This document shows, piece after piece, positions 61,276 to 64,000 of a stretch of DNA of 64,000 nt. The notes beneath the pieces were generated by a model that ran no database searches, was not told the DNA's origin, and saw only the letters and a program-made list of their open reading frames with translations. The stretch's first letter is position 1; the number at the start of each line of letters is the position of its first letter. The position numbers were made by a program, and so were the translations under genes. The stretch is from assembly GCA_001949185.1 (NCBI GenBank), contig BDGG01000002.1, forward strand, positions 961,481 through 1,025,480. Reading direction: 5' to 3'. This DNA is from Ramazzottius varieornatus. Lineage: Eukaryota; Animalia; Tardigrada.

Positions 61276-62155
61276 AGAACAAGCGTGGCGGCTATGTGGC
61301 TGTTTTAATTGACGGAAGTCATAGTTCAATGGCCCACGATTAAGATGCGGAACCTACTTTCTTTCTTTCTCTCTTACGCCATCTACAATCATGTTGTTGA
61401 AATATGACAACGCGCTGACTGTTAGCTCGCTTTGATTCTTCTTGTCAGATTGCACGGCATTGTGTGAAGCGGATGTGATCATTATATTACTCAGTGCTGG
61501 TCACTGGCACCCTTTCCGTCTACTCTAGCCATCTCGTTGTACAATTTTTCTGTACCACTTTTCTTTGCATACCGTCGTCAAGATTATCACAGCCATCTTT
61601 TATCTATTTACAGATAGGTATATCTGCATAACAATAAATCAGTTCGCCAATATAGTCTATCAAAATCCAATATCGCGCTGACGAACGACAATGTCCAGCG
61701 GTCCAGATCGGTCCAGAGCTTTTGACTTTACAGTACAGCATAACCCAATATTTAGTACTGTTCAGGCACACAACACGGAAGTACCCACACTGGCTCGTAC
61801 AGTCGTGCAGTGTTGCAAAGACATAAGAACATGCTAGATCAAAGTCCAGGTTTATCTACACCGTAGTCCGCGACAGCCATCACAGCAGACAAGTGGAAGA
61901 TTAAAGCAGGCGCACTGTGCATACGGAATTCCGATCCAGGAAAGCATACTAGTGTAGTGCTACCAAATTATCGAGCACTGAACCACGTGATGAGTCATGG
62001 CTGCCCAGCGTGATCGGATGTTATCAGTTGGCGTAGCTGACTCTCACCCGGGCATCATTTACTGCTCACGTGGTTGAGTGCGTGATGATTTGGTATCACT
62101 GTAGTAAGTTACACAGTCTGCATCAAACATCCATAGCATTAATGATTAATTGCTA

Positions 62156-62427
62156 TAGAGGGCTCGGCCAAGCTGAAATAAGCCGTTTTAGCCGTTCTTA
62201 GCCGTGACTAAAAATATTTTAGCCACGGCTATAACGTATTGTGCGTTCGAGTGATTTATTGATGGTGAGTCGGCTAAGATAGTTTTAGCATAAATAAATC
62301 ATTCGAACGCACAATACATTCTAGTCGTGGCTAAAAGTATTCCAGCTGCTTTAGCCACGGCTAAAATATTTTTAGCCACGGCTAAGAACGGCTAAAACGG
62401 CTTATTTCAGCTTGGCCGAGCCTTCTA
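62156..62427. mobile_element. Palindromic TA-flanked MITE, copy 2
   Basis: TAGAGGGCTCGGCCAAGCTGAAATAAGCCG...CGGCTTATTTCAGCTTGGCCGAGCCTTCTA; core identical to 24544-24836. Confidence 0.9.
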
Positions 62428-62589
62428 TATTACTTGCTATGTGTTCAGAATAGCAAGCATATCTTGCTTCTGCCGTGCCCAAAACTGGATTCCAAGCTGT
62501 GTCGGAAACATTGTCGTGTGTGCGTAATTGGAGCAGTGAAACTCTGGCCTGTGCGTACCATGTAATTTCGTTGCAGATCCTCCTTATGA

Positions 62590-63620
62590 CGGTACCTGTT
62601 TCGAGATTAGAGACGGCATCGGTGGTGTATGAAACTATCCGGAAAAGGATGTGAGGCCCATCCTCAATGCTAGAAAGACATTTCCTCCTCGTACTTTACT
62701 CTTGTCTATCGACATCTCCGTAAGGAGCTCCGAACTACTACTTCCCTCTGTGGGCTTAAAATTCACCGAAAACGTTCGTCAGTCTGCAAAACGTTTGTCA
62801 GTCATATAGGCTGGACTACTCCCTGTGCGCCAGTTGAGACGAACTCACTAACCCGTCTTGTCCTTCGCAAGACCAACACTTTTCGCAATGTTACACAAGT
62901 CAGAAATTTCCACCATCCTAGTAACACAGACGGCTTTCTGACGCACAAAGAATTACTGCAATATCTTTAGCGCTATATCGATGAACAAAAGCTTGTCAAG
63001 CACGTAAAGGTAAGACTCATCAGCGAAAGCATCTAGCGCGAAGAGTCCTGCTTAGTTTTGTTGCCAGATCGGGGCCGAGTTTCGAGGCCGAAGTGTTAAG
63101 TTACTGCCTGGTTTCTCCTTGCTGCCTGCTTTTTTCTTTTCTCTCTGGCCACGGGATTTTCAAAGTTGCCTCTTTTTCAACCCGTCTGGACTTCCTATGA
63201 CGGGTTGTGGGGTGACCAGTGATCAGCCAAAGCGGAAGACCCTTCAGCTGGAGATCTCAAGACATTAGCCTTCGATGTTATAATCGTCTGTAATGGACGT
63301 CACGACAAACTCTACATTCCCCGACATAACAACCATGGGCAGTTTCAAAGGCAACGGCGTCCCTTCTTCCGAACACCGGGAATCTACCCAGACAAATTTG
63401 TCCTAATCGTCTCAGCCAGTTTGTCGGCCAATGATCTCACGTGCGAGCTGATGGACCACGCCGGGAAATCTTCCTCAGACGAAACGATCTGAAGGATGTC
63501 TTTGCCGACCGCTGCAAGTTTCCGAACGTTTTCCCAGCCCCGGACGAACTCTGTTCCACGCAGAATGGATTTCTTGATGATGAAAGGATCCTAACACCGG
63601 AATGCAGAGTGGACGAGAAA
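62590..63620 (+). pseudogene. Flavin-containing monooxygenase (FMO) pseudogene
   Basis: TCFEIRDGIGGV*NYPEK (Trp replaced by a stop), FLTHKELLQYL*RYIDEQKLVKHVK|gtaag, FDVIIVCNGRHDKLYIP, and FRTPGIYPDKFVLIVSASLSANDL (decayed GxGxSG motif). The FMO FxGxxxHxxxY/F signature is partly deleted. Confidence 0.8.
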
Positions 63621-63651
63621 TGAGAACAGATGGAAGCATTGTGTCGCTTCC

Positions 63652-63940
63652 TCATTCACCATGAACACTAACCATGGCGTTCATCGGTTTGCTATAGTGG
63701 CAGCATCGGTCGCAGTTGAACCGCCAGTTTCGAAAATCAGGCTTGGTGTTGCAAAGAGTACTTGGTTGGGAGGTTCTATAGGGAGGACATGAAGGATACG
63801 GGCACTGATTTGGTCTGGAGAAGTGGAAACATGACGTCACACAAACGAACTGATACGTCATGGACAAATTGCTTTGATTGAGTAGCTGTTAACCACAGTA
63901 CTATCAGGCACAGCTTGGCCAAGCCAGAAAGGCGTTTCAC
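63652..63940 (-). other. Candidate small secreted 6-Cys peptide gene or pseudogene (GTG in place of ATG)
   Basis: (V)KRLSGLAKLCLI, then a 52-nt GT-AG intron (63901-63850), then FVCVTSC-FHFSRPNQCPYPSCPPYRTSQPSTLCNTKPDFRNWRFNCDRCCHYS. Confidence 0.35.
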
Positions 63941-64000
63941 CAGGCCGCCAACTTAGGATCTCGGCTTACGTACCGGAAGCTACGTATAGCTAGGTACGGT

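Noticed and set aside
61955-62105. Degenerate inverted repeat
   Set aside because: Short and mismatched with no target-site duplication; likely an old MITE remnant of little interest.
1-64000. tRNA, rRNA or snRNA genes
   Set aside because: None recognised by eye; tRNAscan-SE or Infernal would be needed to exclude them.

Overview
Eukaryotic animal DNA with many short (~50-90 nt) GT-AG introns. A divergent ionotropic receptor, a masquerade-type serine protease homologue and CFAP298 suggest a compact-genome panarthropod such as a tardigrade (inference only). From left to right: a disrupted ionotropic-receptor-like gene (- strand, running off the window start), intronless CFAP298, a ~32-exon natriuretic-peptide-type receptor guanylyl cyclase, two paralogous small secreted 6-Cys proteins in a MITE-rich stretch, and a 4-CUB surface protein. 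Next comes a tandem family of five secreted furin-processed genes sharing a C-x7-C-x7-C-x12/13-C-x17-CC domain with Pro/Tyr/Ser/Gly-rich tails; the fifth continues into a catalytically dead trypsin domain. A hAT/Harbinger/LINE transposon nest lies inside that cluster, and an FMO pseudogene lies near the end. The most unusual non-coding signal is a recurring dyad AAGTGGCGCAC-N24/25-GTGCGCCACTT. It has conserved arms, a fixed-length but variable spacer and ~82-bp tandem periodicity, and lies preferentially in the longer introns of unrelated genes. Exon coordinates were read by eye and may be off by a few bases.
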